DNA of 64,000 nt, from the NCBI GenBank assembly GCA_035606395.1, contig DATNFK010000007.1:69751-133750 (forward strand). Direction: 5' to 3'. This DNA is from Terriglobales bacterium (GTDB taxonomy: Bacteria; Acidobacteriota; Terriglobia; Terriglobales; SCQP01). Shown here one piece after another: positions 1 to 9,983 of the stretch. Each line of letters opens with the position of its first letter. Position 1 is the first letter of the stretch. The notes under the pieces were generated by a model. That model was not told the origin of the DNA, made no database searches, and was given only the letters and a program-made list of their open reading frames with translations. A program made the translations under genes and the position numbers.

Positions 1-523
1 CGGCGGTCTTGGCGAGGTGAATGCGGCGGACGGTCGCGGGATCGGCGGAGGCGCGGCTGGCTTCGAGATCGGCCACCTGGCCGGCGACCATCCCCGAGGG
101 GGTGCCGGCGGCTAGTGCCAGCACGCGCGCCATGCCGGGTTGCTCCAGTTGCGCGAAGGCCAGCGTCAGGAGCGCGTCGCCCGCCAGAATTGCCATGGCT
201 TCGCCGAACGCTTTATGGCAAGTGGGTCGGCCGCGGCGCAAGTCGTCGTTGTCGAGGGCGGGCAGGTCGTCGTGAATCAGCGAGTAGGCATGCACCATTT
301 CAACGGCACAAGCCGGGCCGAGTGCGGAATGACCACCGCCAACCGCGTGCCTGGCGGCAAGACAGAGGAGCGGGCGCAGGCGTTTGCCGCCGCCGAGCGC
401 GCTGTAGCGCATGGCGGCGTGGAGATGTCGTGGTTCCAGATCCTCGCCGGGCAAAGCATGATGCAGGGCTTTCTCAATGGAACGGCGGGCACTGGCTAAC
501 CAGCTATCAATGGATTCGTCCAT
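1..523 (-). CDS. Polyprenyl (farnesyl/geranylgeranyl) diphosphate synthase, N-terminal part; the 3' end runs off the window
   Basis: Manual minus-strand translation from the ATG at 523-521: MDESIDSWLASARRSIEKAL...GGGKRLRPLLCLAA...VEMVHAYSLIHDDLPALDNDDLRRGRPTCHKAFGEAMAILAGDALLTLAF... This includes the first Asp-rich (FARM) motif. The frame stays open to position 1, so the ORF is absent from the track. Confidence 0.85.
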   Translation of the reverse strand, partial: MDESIDSWLASARRSIEKALHHALPGEDLEPRHLHAAMRYSALGGGKRLRPLLCLAARHAVGGGHSALGPACAVEMVHAYSLIHDDLPALDNDDLRRGRPTCHKAFGEAMAILAGDALLTLAFAQLEQPGMARVLALAAGTPSGMVAGQVADLEASRASADPATVRRIHLAKTA

Positions 524-583
524 ACAATAGTTGAAGCTGCCTTGCCAGTGTAACCATTTCCAGGGCGGGCAGTTGCTAACGAT

Positions 584-3046
584 ATGAGCCAACTAGTGCG
601 AGAACTGAGGTATGGCCTGCGGTCGCTGCGCCAGGCGCCGGCGTTTGCCGCCATTGCGATTTTGACGCTCGGCCTGGGTATTGGGGCCAATACGGCGATC
701 TTTAGCATGGTGGATGCGGTGCTGTTGCGACCATTGCCGTTTCCGCAGCCGGACAGGCTGATTTCGGTTCGGGAGAACGATCGAAATTTCCCTTCGAAAT
801 CGGATTCCTATCCCGACTATCTTGACTGGGCGGCGGACACTCACAGCTTTACCGCGCTGGCGGCCTATCGCGGCACGGGTGGCGTGCTGACCCACGCCGG
901 AGCGCCGGCCATCATCTCGGGGCAGGAGGCGACGGCGCAGTATTTCGATGTGCTCGGCATCAAGCCGGAACTGGGCCGTACCTTCACCCCCGCCGAAGAC
1001 AAGGTCGGAGCGCCAGATGTGGTGGTGATCGCCGACAGCCTTTGGCGCGAACGCTTCGGCACGAACCCGGCGGTGTTGGGCACGACCATGGACCTCGATG
1101 CGCGGCCGCGCACAATTATCGGCGTAATGCCCCGCGGTTTTCCTGGCTTGGCGGCGGGCAAGGATGCGGCGCAGTATTGGGTGCCGCTGGGAGCGGCAGC
1201 CACCAAGGATTCAGGCTTGATGAATCGCGGCAGTCACCCTGGGCTCGACGTACTGGGGCGGACCAAGCCGGGGGTCACGCTCGCCGCGGCGCGCGCCGAC
1301 TTGCAGAGCGTCGCACGGGCGCTGTCGCAACAGTATCCAAAGTCAAATACGGGCGAGGGCGTGACGGTGACGAGCTATCTCGATCGGGTGGTCCGCAACG
1401 ACGGCCCCAGCGCGCTTTGGGTGTTGCTGGCCGCCGTGGGTCTGGTGCTGTTGATTGCCTGCGCCAACGTCGCCAACCTTTTGTTGGCGCGCGCCGCCAC
1501 GCGCCAAAAGCCAAACGCCATTCGCGCCGCCATGGGTGCGTCGCGGGCGCGGCTCATCCGCGAGCACTTGATCGAGAGCCTCTGCCTGGGCGTGGCCGGG
1601 AGCGTGGTCGGCCTGGGGTTGGCGACGTTGGCGATGCGCGCCACGCCACTGCTGATTCCGCCGGGCCTGGGCATGACCAGGACAGATCAATTGGGGCTGG
1701 ATTGGCGCGTGATGTCATTCACGATCGCGCTGGCGCTGGCCACCAGCATTATCTTCGGATTGGCGCCGGCGTGGCAGGCGAGCCGGGCCGGAATCTCTGA
1801 AATTCTCAAGCAAGGCGGCCGGGATGCGGCATCGGGGGCGGCGGCGCACCGGCTGCGCAACACGCTGGTCGCGGTCGAGATGGCTCTGGCGTTGGTGCTG
1901 CTGGTGGGGGCCGGGCTGCTGATTCGAAGCTTGTTGCGGCTGCAACAGGTGAATCCAGGTTTCGATCCGCATCATACGCTCACCTTCAGCGTTGATTTGC
2001 CGCAGGCGAAATATTCAACTCCGGAAAAGAGCATGGAGTTTTTCCGGCAGGCGCGGCAGCGTATGGTCAATCTGCCCAGCGTCTCGGCCGTGGGCATGGT
2101 GAATCCGCTGCCGTTTGGCGGCAGCGACTGGGAAAACAGCTTCTCGATTGTCGGGCGCCCCGCGCCCGCGCCGGGCAATGAGCCTTCCGCCAATTACGAA
2201 ATGATTGCGGGCGATTACTTCAACGCGATGGGCATGCGCCTCTTGCGGGGGCGCCAGTTCAATGATGGCGACACACCGACGAGTACTCCTGTGGCGATTA
2301 TCGACCCGGTGTTTGCCAAACGTTACTGGCCCGGCGCCGATCCGCTCGCAAACGCTTTAGGGCAGCAGATTCACATGGGCAAACTGAACATGACGGTGGT
2401 TGGAGTAGTGGCCCGTGTTTTGGAGTACGGGCTGGAAGGCACCACGGAGATGGACCGCCTCCCGGAGTTATTTGTACCTCTCAACCAGGTGGGGTTCGAC
2501 CAAACCGGCGCCTACTTTGTGGTGCGCACCGGGCTCGCTTCGCCGCTTGATCTGCGCGCCGGCGTGACCGCCGCAGTGCAGGCGGGCGACGCCGACCAGC
2601 CGTTGTACGACATGTTGACCATGGATCAGCGGGTGGCGCTCTCGCTGGCACAACGCCGGTTGACGTTGTGGCTCATGGTGGGGTTTGCCGGGCTGGCGCT
2701 CGTACTGGCCGCGATCGGAATCTATGGCGTGCTGAGCTACGCGGTGGCGCAGCGGGTGCATGAGATTGGAATTCGCATGGCGCTCGGCGCAGGCCACGGC
2801 AGGGTGCTGGGCCAGGTGATGGGGCACGGATTGCGGCTCGCCGGCGCCGGCGCTCTCGCCGGTTTGGCGATTGCATTGGCCGCAGGCCGATTTGGCGCGT
2901 CATTTCTGTACGGGGTGGGCGCCGCAGACCCTGTGGTACTGATGGCGGTGCCAGCGACGCTGCTCGCGGTGGCCGCCGTGGCCTGTTACTTGCCGGCGCG
3001 GCGGGCGACGCGGGTCGACCCGATGATCGCCCTGCGCGGCGAGTAG
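584..3046 (+). CDS. ADOP-family (acidobacterial duplicated orphan permease) MacB/FtsX-like ABC transporter permease
   Basis: 820-aa ORF. The N-terminus reads [34 protein letters not shown], followed by a periplasmic domain and two FtsX-type 4-TM modules. The C-terminus reads ...[19 protein letters not shown]. No ABC ATPase gene is adjacent. Confidence 0.85.
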   Translation: MSQLVRELRYGLRSLRQAPAFAAIAILTLGLGIGANTAIFSMVDAVLLRPLPFPQPDRLISVRENDRNFPSKSDSYPDYLDWAADTHSFTALAAYRGTGGVLTHAGAPAIISGQEATAQYFDVLGIKPELGRTFTPAEDKVGAPDVVVIADSLWRERFGTNPAVLGTTMDLDARPRTIIGVMPRGFPGLAAGKDAAQYWVPLGAAATKDSGLMNRGSHPGLDVLGRTKPGVTLAAARADLQSVARALSQQYPKSNTGEGVTVTSYLDRVVRNDGPSALWVLLAAVGLVLLIACANVANLLLARAATRQKPNAIRAAMGASRARLIREHLIESLCLGVAGSVVGLGLATLAMRATPLLIPPGLGMTRTDQLGLDWRVMSFTIALALATSIIFGLAPAWQASRAGISEILKQGGRDAASGAAAHRLRNTLVAVEMALALVLLVGAGLLIRSLLRLQQVNPGFDPHHTLTFSVDLPQAKYSTPEKSMEFFRQARQRMVNLPSVSAVGMVNPLPFGGSDWENSFSIVGRPAPAPGNEPSANYEMIAGDYFNAMGMRLLRGRQFNDGDTPTSTPVAIIDPVFAKRYWPGADPLANALGQQIHMGKLNMTVVGVVARVLEYGLEGTTEMDRLPELFVPLNQVGFDQTGAYFVVRTGLASPLDLRAGVTAAVQAGDADQPLYDMLTMDQRVALSLAQRRLTLWLMVGFAGLALVLAAIGIYGVLSYAVAQRVHEIGIRMALGAGHGRVLGQVMGHGLRLAGAGALAGLAIALAAGRFGASFLYGVGAADPVVLMAVPATLLAVAAVACYLPARRATRVDPMIALRGE

Positions 3047-3101
3047 GGCGTATCTAATTCGATACCTTTCAAGCGGGCTGGCGGGACACTATGATGAGGG
3101 G

Positions 3102-5471
3102 GTGAACCCGCTCCGCCCGACATCGAATCGGCGCTTCAATGAGCTGATTGGCCTGCTCATTCTAGTGGTTGCGGCGCTGCTTTTCTTGGCGCTGGCCAGC
3201 TACCATCCCGCCGACGGATCGCTGGATACGGCGGCTATGAACGCGGCGGCACGGCCGGCCAACTGGGTGGGCCCGGTGGGCGCCTTCACGGCGGATTTGT
3301 TGTTCCAAAGCCTGGGGATCGCCAGCTTGCTGTTGGTGCTGGGTTTGGTCGCGTTGGCGCTGCGCTGGTTTCGCGCGCCCAAAGCGCCGCCAACGCGGAT
3401 GAGCCATTTCATTGGCTTGCTGCTGACAATGCTGGCGGTAGCGACACTGATTGCCGAACTGCCGTGGCACGCGCACTGGCGCGCGATTGCACCGTTAGAG
3501 GGTGCGGCGGGCACGATGGCGGCGGCAACCTTAATTGATGGCTTCAACCCGATCGGCGCCTATCTGGTTTCAGCCACATTATTGATCGTCGGCCTGTTTC
3601 TGGCGACTAAATTCTCGTTTACCAACATGCAGGAATGGTGGGCCGAATCGATGGCCGACCGCTTCGCCAGCTTCATGATGGCGGTCAGGCGCCCGTTAAG
3701 CGCGTTCCTGACTTTCTTCCGCCGCCGCCGCACCGCGCCGGAGCCAAAACGGCAAACGGCGCCGAGCGCGGCGCCCGAGGTTCGCTCCAGCTTTATTCCG
3801 GCCAAGAGCCGCGCCGCGGCGGTGGTCGTCGAGGCGGAGAGCGCCGCCGAATTGGCCCGCCGCGCGCTGGCTACGCCCGAGGCAGCGAGCAAGCGCGAGG
3901 TCTCGACGAATATCATCGTGGCGCCGCCCGTCGAGCGCAAACCCGAACCCAAAGCAGTGCGACTCAGCCTAGGCCAATTCAAGACGCCAGCGCTGGGGTT
4001 ATTACAAGAGCCCAGCGCGGGCAACAAGATCGAGGAATCGGAGTTGCGCGACATGGCGCAGCGGCTCACCGCCAAGTGCGAGGAGTTTTCGGTGGGCGGC
4101 CAGGTTACTCAAATCAACCCCGGCCCGGTGGTGACCACCTACGAATTCAAGCCGCAGGCGGGAGTCAAATACAACCGCATCACGGCGCTCAACGACGATC
4201 TCTGCCTGGCGTTGGCGGCGGAATCGATTTATATCGAGCGCATTCCGGGCAAGAGCACGGTCGGCATTGAAGTTCCGAACCAGCGGCGGGAGACGATCTT
4301 CCTGCGCGAGATTATCGCCAGCGAAGCCTTCCAGAAGTCGAAGTCGCCGCTGACGATGGCCCTTGGCAAGGATGCCAACGGCGAAATCGTGGTCAGCGAC
4401 CTGGCGGCGATGCCGCATCTTCTGATTGCCGGCTCGACCGGCTCGGGGAAGAGCGTGGCTCTCAACAGCATGATCGTGTCGCTTCTCTACAAAGCGACGC
4501 CCGACCAGTTGCGGTTCATTCTGGTCGACCCGAAGCGGTTGGAACTCGGGCTTTACGACGGCATTCCGCACCTGTACACGCCGATCATTACGGAACCGAA
4601 ACTCGCCGCCAACGCGCTTCGTAACGCCACCAGGGAAATGGAACGCCGGCTGAAGCTGCTGGCCAGCAAGGGGGTTCGCAATATCGCCCAGTTCAACCGA
4701 CTATTCGAGGATCAGACGCCGAGCCTGTTTGACAATTTGGCCGAGAACGACGAGAACCGCCCGCTGCCCTACATTGTGATCATCATTGACGAGTTGGCCG
4801 ACCTGATGATTGTGGACGCCAGCAACGTCGAGGAGTCGATCACGCGCCTTGCGCAAATGGCGCGCGCGGTGGGGATACATCTGATCCTGGCCACACAGCG
4901 GCCATCGGTTGACGTCATCACGGGATTGATCAAGGCCAACTTCCCGGCGCGCATGTCGTTCCGGGTGGCGACGCGGGTTGACTCGCGCACCATTCTTGAT
5001 TCGCAGGGGGCGGAGCTGCTGCTGGGCAAGGGGGACATGCTGTTCCTGCCGCCGGGCACCTCGCGCTTCCACCGCGTGCACGGCGCATTTGTCACCGAGG
5101 GTGAGATTGGGGCGGTCGTGGATGCCTGGTCGAAGCAGGGCGAACCGAGGTTCGACAACAGCTTCCTGAAACCGCCGCCGGAAAAGGAAGCGGGCGCGGG
5201 GGGCGAACTGGACGAAGCGGATGGCGAGCCGCTCTCCTCAGGCGACGACAACGACCCCATGTTCGAGGACGCGGTGCGGGTTGTAGTCGAGTACGGCAAG
5301 GCGAGCACGTCACTATTGCAGCGTCGCTTGCGCATTGGCTATGGACGCGCCGCGCACTTGATTGATCTCATGTACAACGATGGCATTGTGGGCCCAGCCG
5401 ACGGTCCCAAGCCACGCGAACTGCTGAAGCGCCCCGATTGGATTGCGGAAGTCGAAGAAGTGCTGCGCTAG
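3102..5471 (+). CDS. ftsK: DNA translocase FtsK
   Basis: N-terminal TM helices, a disordered linker, Walker A GSTGSGKS, DELADLM, and a C-terminal gamma winged helix LLQRRLRIGYGRAAHLIDLM. GTG start. Confidence 0.95.
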   Translation: MNPLRPTSNRRFNELIGLLILVVAALLFLALASYHPADGSLDTAAMNAAARPANWVGPVGAFTADLLFQSLGIASLLLVLGLVALALRWFRAPKAPPTRMSHFIGLLLTMLAVATLIAELPWHAHWRAIAPLEGAAGTMAAATLIDGFNPIGAYLVSATLLIVGLFLATKFSFTNMQEWWAESMADRFASFMMAVRRPLSAFLTFFRRRRTAPEPKRQTAPSAAPEVRSSFIPAKSRAAAVVVEAESAAELARRALATPEAASKREVSTNIIVAPPVERKPEPKAVRLSLGQFKTPALGLLQEPSAGNKIEESELRDMAQRLTAKCEEFSVGGQVTQINPGPVVTTYEFKPQAGVKYNRITALNDDLCLALAAESIYIERIPGKSTVGIEVPNQRRETIFLREIIASEAFQKSKSPLTMALGKDANGEIVVSDLAAMPHLLIAGSTGSGKSVALNSMIVSLLYKATPDQLRFILVDPKRLELGLYDGIPHLYTPIITEPKLAANALRNATREMERRLKLLASKGVRNIAQFNRLFEDQTPSLFDNLAENDENRPLPYIVIIIDELADLMIVDASNVEESITRLAQMARAVGIHLILATQRPSVDVITGLIKANFPARMSFRVATRVDSRTILDSQGAELLLGKGDMLFLPPGTSRFHRVHGAFVTEGEIGAVVDAWSKQGEPRFDNSFLKPPPEKEAGAGGELDEADGEPLSSGDDNDPMFEDAVRVVVEYGKASTSLLQRRLRIGYGRAAHLIDLMYNDGIVGPADGPKPRELLKRPDWIAEVEEVLR

Positions 5472-5782
5472 CCAGCGCTCTCTTCAAGCAAGCCCCGCAT
5501 TTCCGCGGCGGCGTGGGTGTCGCCGGTGCGTTCGGCGGCGGCGATGCCGGCGAGCAACCGCTGGCGCGCTTCTTCCACGCGTCCCAGACTCAGCAACAAC
5601 TGACCGGCCTGTTGAAAGCCGGCGGCATAGTCAGGGTGGTATTCAGCGAGAAGCTGAAACTGCTCCAGCGCGGCGTCGGTGGACCCCTGCTGTTTCAACT
5701 CCATGGCCAGGCCGTAGCGGGCAAAGGCGTTCTCGGGCGCCTGGGCCACGAATGCTGTCAGAGTTTCAAGTCGGCTCGACAT
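5468..5782 (-). CDS. Small tetratricopeptide-repeat protein
   Basis: 104-aa ORF with TPR-like helical repeats (ARYGLAMELKQQGSTDAALEQFQLLAEYHPDYAAGFQQAGQLLLSLGRVEEA). Its stop shares a CTAG with the ftsK stop. Confidence 0.6.
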   Translation of the reverse strand: MSSRLETLTAFVAQAPENAFARYGLAMELKQQGSTDAALEQFQLLAEYHPDYAAGFQQAGQLLLSLGRVEEARQRLLAGIAAAERTGDTHAAAEMRGLLEESAG

Positions 5783-5908
5783 CAGGTCAAACCATTATGG
5801 CCCAGGCGCTTCGCCGCATGCATTCGGGCACACGTTCAGGCTGAATGCCGGCGGTCTCGCGCAGGCTCGCGATTCCTGTTACCATGGGCATTCGCGATAG
5901 CAAATCCT

Positions 5909-6349
5909 ATGGCCTGTCCTTTTTTTCTGCCGACTGAAGAATTCACCGAGTGGGCGTGGCACGCGCGCCCGCGATTGCCGCTGGGCGACGCCTGGAAGGG
6001 CACCTGCACCGCGCCTGGGCACGAGGGCCAAGCACCGGCGGCCGATATGCTCAAGGAGTGGTGCAACTTCGGGTATGCCCGCAAGTGTCCGTGGATACCG
6101 GCGCAGCGCCGGGCGGACAAGATCAGCTTCAGTATCGCGCGCGACAAGGAAGACATCATCCTCATCTACTACGTCTTCGAAGTGGACCATACTCCGGGCG
6201 AGCATGGCACGTTGCAGTACGACCATCAGCACGGGCGCTGGCTGAAGTCGCACACCGACGAGCGGCTCCAGAAGCAGGCGGAATGCTACTTGACGTCGTA
6301 CCTGAAGCGTAAGGAAACGCCCGTCCGGCCCGGCCATCCCTCGTCGTGA
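5909..6349 (+). CDS. Hypothetical Cys-rich protein (no family recognised)
   Basis: Internal ATG of track ORF 5438..6349. The upstream part of that ORF is antisense to the TPR gene. Sequence begins MACPFFLPTEEF...GTCTAPGH...WCNFGYARKCPWIP. Its TGA overlaps the GTG of the next gene (GTGA). Confidence 0.5.
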   Translation: MACPFFLPTEEFTEWAWHARPRLPLGDAWKGTCTAPGHEGQAPAADMLKEWCNFGYARKCPWIPAQRRADKISFSIARDKEDIILIYYVFEVDHTPGEHGTLQYDHQHGRWLKSHTDERLQKQAECYLTSYLKRKETPVRPGHPSS

Positions 6350-6825
6350 GCACGCATACCGCCAAGCCGGTGCGCTTGTCGCAGGCGGAAATGACCGAGT
6401 TGGTGCTGCCCAACGACGCCAATATGCTGGGCAACATCCTGGGCGGCAAGGTCATGCATTTGGTGGATCTCTGCGGCGCCATTGCGGCCTGCCGCCACTC
6501 CGGGACGGTTGCGGTGACGGCTTCCGTGGACCATATGGATTTCCGCTATCCCATCTTGGTCGGCGAATTGGTGGTGTTGAAGGCGAGCGTCAACCGGGCG
6601 TTCAAGACCTCGATGGAGGTGGGCGTCAAGGTTTACAGCGAAAACATGCTCTCCGGGGAGCGCCGGCACACCTCCACCGCGTATTTGACCTTTGTTGCGC
6701 TCGACGATCACGGGCAGCGGGTGCCAGTGCCGCCGGTGGTGCCGGAGACGGCTGACGAGCAGCGGCGGTTTGAGGCGGCGGCAACACGCCGGGCTTATCG
6801 GCTGCGGCAGCGTGCGGCGCAGTAG
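6346..6825 (+). CDS. Acyl-CoA thioesterase, hotdog fold (YciA/BFIT-like)
   Basis: Matches to the family include LSQAEMTELVLPNDANMLGNILGGKVMHLVD, VTASVDHMDFRYPI and ...TSTAYLTFVALD. Confidence 0.8.
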   Translation: MSTHTAKPVRLSQAEMTELVLPNDANMLGNILGGKVMHLVDLCGAIAACRHSGTVAVTASVDHMDFRYPILVGELVVLKASVNRAFKTSMEVGVKVYSENMLSGERRHTSTAYLTFVALDDHGQRVPVPPVVPETADEQRRFEAAATRRAYRLRQRAAQ

Positions 6826-6865
6826 CCGCGCATCCGACCTCCGGGGACTTTAGCTCGAGTACCTT

Positions 6866-9022
6866 CTAAAAGCGAAGCAGGGCGGCGATGGCGTCGTAGA
6901 GATCGGAGGCTTGTGGCAGTGTCGCGTCCTCGAGGACGGGTTGGTAGCCGCAATAAACGTCTTTGGCGGCAACGCGGCGGACGGGGGCATCGAGTGATTC
7001 GAACAGTTCGTCGGCAATTCGGGCGGCGATTTCGGCGCCATAGCCGAAGCTCAGCACGTCCTCATGGGCAACGATGACGCGCGAGGTTTTCTTCACCGAT
7101 TCGGCCACCGCTTCCCAGTCGTAGGGGGCGAGGCTGCGCAGATCGAGCACCTCGACGTTGGCGCCTTGTTCATGCGCCAACTTCTCCGCCGCCTGGACCG
7201 CGCGCTGTACCACGGCGCCATAAGTGACGACGGTCAGGTCGGTGCCGGGGCGGGCAACCCGCGCCTTGCCGAAGGGGATGCAGAAGTCGCGGCCGGGATG
7301 GGGGCCGCGGTTGAAGGGTTCGCGGTAGAGGCGCTTGTGTTCCAAAAACAGCACTGGATCCTCGCTGCGCAGCGCGGTGCGGAGCAGACCGCAGGCATCC
7401 ACCGCGGTCGAGGGCATCAGCACCCGCAGACCCGGCATGTGGGTAAAAATCGATTCTCCGCACTGGCTATGGTAAATCGCGCCTCCGGTGAGATAGCCGC
7501 CAATGGCGACGCGCAAGACGACGGGTGACGCGAAGGCGCCGTTCGAGCGCCAGCGCATGGTCGAGAGCTCGTCTCGGATCTGCATCATCGCGGGCCAGAT
7601 GTAGTCAAAAAACTGCACCTCGGGAACGGGTTTGAGACCGCGCGTGGCAATGCCAATTGCCCGGCCCACAATCGATGCTTCGGCCAACGGCGAGTTGTAG
7701 ACTCGATCGGCACCGAAGGCGCGCTGCAGGCCCTTGGTGACGGTGAATACGCCGCCCTTGCCTTTGACTTGGCCCAGGTTGGCTTCGCGGGTGCAGTCGG
7801 CCACGTCCTCGCCGAAGATCAGGATGCGCGGATCGCGTTCCATCTCTTCGTGCAGGACAGTATTGATCGCATCGACCATGGTGAGCGGCTTGGCGTCGTC
7901 GGCGGCGGTTGCGGGCTGGCTGGCGAAGCGGTCGGAGGCGGGATCGACGTCGGGCGAGTAAACGAAGTTGTAGATGGTCTCCGGCCCAGGGATGGGGGCG
8001 GCCAGGGCGGCGTCGGCGGCGGCCACGACTTCGGCTTCAACCTCGGCGTCGAGTGCTTCAACGGCCTTGGCGGTGGCAAGCTTGTTCTCAACAATGTGCT
8101 TGCGCAGGCGGAGGATCGGATCGCGGGCGGCATCTTCGGCGCGCTCGGATTCGGGCCTGTAGCTGCGCTCGTCATCAGATTGCGAATGCGAGTAAGGGCG
8201 CACCACCTGGGCGTGCACCAGTGCCGGGCCGTTGCCGGAGCGGCAGTGCTTGAGCGCTTGCGACATCGCTTCGTGGCTGGAGAATATATCGCAGCCATCG
8301 CAGCGCAGAACGCTTAAATTGGGGAAATTCTCAACCAACCGGGAAAGGCTGACTCCGGCGCCCTGTACTTCGCAGGGTACAGAGATGGCGTAACCGTTGT
8401 CTTCGATGAGGAAAATAACCGGCAGCTTTTCCCGGCAGGCGCCGTTCAAGGCTTCCCAAAATTCACCCTCGCTGGTGGCGCCTTCGCCCGAGCTAACCAG
8501 TACGACTTCATCGGCGTGGCGGCTGACGGTTTGGGGATGGGGATTTTTCTCCAGCCATTCGGCGACGTTGGCGTGGCGATTTAGATAGCGGCCGGCCTCG
8601 GCGCAGCCCACGGCTTGCAGGTATTGGGTGCCGGTGGGGCTGGAGCTGCTGACGATGTTGTACTTGGCGTGGCCCCAGTGCGAGGGCATTTGGCGACCGC
8701 CGGAGGCAGGATCGTCGGACGATCCGACCGCTTCGAGCAGCATTTCGGTGGGGGTGACACCCAGGCGAAGGCATAGAGCGCGGTCGCGGTAGTAGGGATA
8801 GACCCAGTCGTAGCCGGGGCGCAGCAGATCGCCGGCGACGGCGGTGATAGCTTCATGCCCGGCACCGCTGATTTGGAAATAAATCTTCTGCTGCCGCTTC
8901 AGCACTAGCTCGCGGTCATCCAGCCGGCGGGAAAGCTGCATGACGCGGTAAAGTTCGAGCACGCGCTCGGGCGCAATACCGGGCTGATCAACGACAGAGG
9001 TGACGGGGGCAGCTTTCGGCAT
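6866..9022 (-). CDS. Fused E1 alpha/beta subunit of a 2-oxoacid (branched-chain keto acid/pyruvate family) dehydrogenase
   Basis: The N-terminal half is TPP-binding E1-alpha-like ([14 protein letters not shown]..., [15 protein letters not shown]). The C-terminal half is E1-beta/transketolase-like (VFGEDV...[16 protein letters not shown]). I prefer the ATG at 9022 (MPKAAPV) over the TTG at 9064. Confidence 0.85.
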   Translation of the reverse strand: MPKAAPVTSVVDQPGIAPERVLELYRVMQLSRRLDDRELVLKRQQKIYFQISGAGHEAITAVAGDLLRPGYDWVYPYYRDRALCLRLGVTPTEMLLEAVGSSDDPASGGRQMPSHWGHAKYNIVSSSSPTGTQYLQAVGCAEAGRYLNRHANVAEWLEKNPHPQTVSRHADEVVLVSSGEGATSEGEFWEALNGACREKLPVIFLIEDNGYAISVPCEVQGAGVSLSRLVENFPNLSVLRCDGCDIFSSHEAMSQALKHCRSGNGPALVHAQVVRPYSHSQSDDERSYRPESERAEDAARDPILRLRKHIVENKLATAKAVEALDAEVEAEVVAAADAALAAPIPGPETIYNFVYSPDVDPASDRFASQPATAADDAKPLTMVDAINTVLHEEMERDPRILIFGEDVADCTREANLGQVKGKGGVFTVTKGLQRAFGADRVYNSPLAEASIVGRAIGIATRGLKPVPEVQFFDYIWPAMMQIRDELSTMRWRSNGAFASPVVLRVAIGGYLTGGAIYHSQCGESIFTHMPGLRVLMPSTAVDACGLLRTALRSEDPVLFLEHKRLYREPFNRGPHPGRDFCIPFGKARVARPGTDLTVVTYGAVVQRAVQAAEKLAHEQGANVEVLDLRSLAPYDWEAVAESVKKTSRVIVAHEDVLSFGYGAEIAARIADELFESLDAPVRRVAAKDVYCGYQPVLEDATLPQASDLYDAIAALLRF

Positions 9023-9098
9023 AACCAATTCATTATCGAAGCGATTCGCCCCACAGGTCAACAAACCGAACGGTAGGAAGTGAGGCGCGAGAGTCGGT

Positions 9099-9227
9099 GC
9101 TTGTAGAGTTCGCGGAGTTGGCGGCTTTGGGTGCGGCTGACTGGGGCTTTTATAGGCGCGGGTCCGAGCGTCTACAGCTTATAGAGTTCGCGCAACTGGC
9201 GGCTTTGGGTGCGGCTGACGGGGACTT
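9099..9227 (-). repeat. Direct 51-bp repeat (9099-9149 and 9177-9227, offset exactly 78 bp); the downstream copy duplicates the last sense codons of the response regulator
   Basis: Base-by-base alignment gives 45/51 identical. Both copies encode [15 protein letters not shown] in the same frame. Confidence 0.9.
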
Positions 9228-9957
9228 CGGTTTGCTTTTTGTCGTCCATGCGGAGTTGGAAGCTGCTGTTGAACCAGGGGACGATTTCGCGCACGTGTTT
9301 CAAGTTGACCAAGTAGGCGCGGTGGGCGCGAAAGAAGTCGGTTCCGTCCAGGGCGGCTTGGAGCTCCTCGATGGTGCGGCAGGTGGCCTGCCCCTCGATC
9401 TGGCGGGTGGCGATGGTGATGACGCCGCTCTCCACCCGTGCAAAAACGACTTCCTGGGGGTCGAGCAGAAGCTGGCGGCCGCCCACCTTGATCATGATGC
9501 GGGTCGGGGCGGGCGATTTGCGCTCGGCCATGCGCTCGTCGAGCATTTGCAGAACGCGGTCGATTTTGCCGGCCACCGATTCGCCGGCGATGATATGGCG
9601 TTTAATCTTTTCGATGGTTTGGGCCAGGCGAAGGGCGTCGAAGGGCTTGAGCAGGTAGTCAACGGCGTTGACGTTGAAGGCTTCCAGGGCGTACTGATCG
9701 TGGGCGGTGGCGAAAACCAGATAAGGGATGGCAATATGCTTGGCTGCCAACATGCGGACGGTACCGAAGCCGTCGAGTCCGGGCATTTGCGCATCCAAGA
9801 ACAGGAGGTCGGGGTGGTGCTGTTTGACCAGCTTAACCGCCTCGAGGCCGTTCTGTCCGGTGGCGACCACTTCGACATCGGGGAAGGCTTTGAGCAGGAA
9901 ATGCAGTTCTTCACGCGCCAGCTTCTCGTCATCAACGATCACGGTGGCGATGGGCAT
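9172..9957 (-). CDS. LytTR/AlgR-family two-component response regulator
   Basis: Receiver domain ([18 protein letters not shown]...[14 protein letters not shown]...YLLKP) plus a C-terminal LytTR DNA-binding domain (...[15 protein letters not shown]...VPVSR). The start is the internal ATG at 9957, and the upstream part of the track ORF is Arg-rich junk. No histidine kinase gene is adjacent. Confidence 0.9.
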   Translation of the reverse strand: MPIATVIVDDEKLAREELHFLLKAFPDVEVVATGQNGLEAVKLVKQHHPDLLFLDAQMPGLDGFGTVRMLAAKHIAIPYLVFATAHDQYALEAFNVNAVDYLLKPFDALRLAQTIEKIKRHIIAGESVAGKIDRVLQMLDERMAERKSPAPTRIMIKVGGRQLLLDPQEVVFARVESGVITIATRQIEGQATCRTIEELQAALDGTDFFRAHRAYLVNLKHVREIVPWFNSSFQLRMDDKKQTEVPVSRTQSRQLRELYKL

Positions 9958-9983
9958 AGCCCAGTATAGTCGCGAGTAGATGG

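Noticed and set aside
9097-9969. 290-aa plus-strand ORF covering the response-regulator gene. There are similar long antisense ORFs at 18486-19437 (-), 20732-21574 (-), 32201-33160 (+), 49471-50331 (-), 51181-52089 (-), 58800-59873 (+) and 62432-63541 (-).
   Set aside because: Each lies exactly antisense to a gene with strong, motif-level homology: the LytTR regulator, glnE, icd, the DUF255 protein, sufB, sufD, the PPIase and the BNR protein. Their translations are Arg/Gly/Ala/Pro-rich with no recognisable motifs. This is the typical stop-codon-poor shadow-frame pattern of GC-rich DNA.
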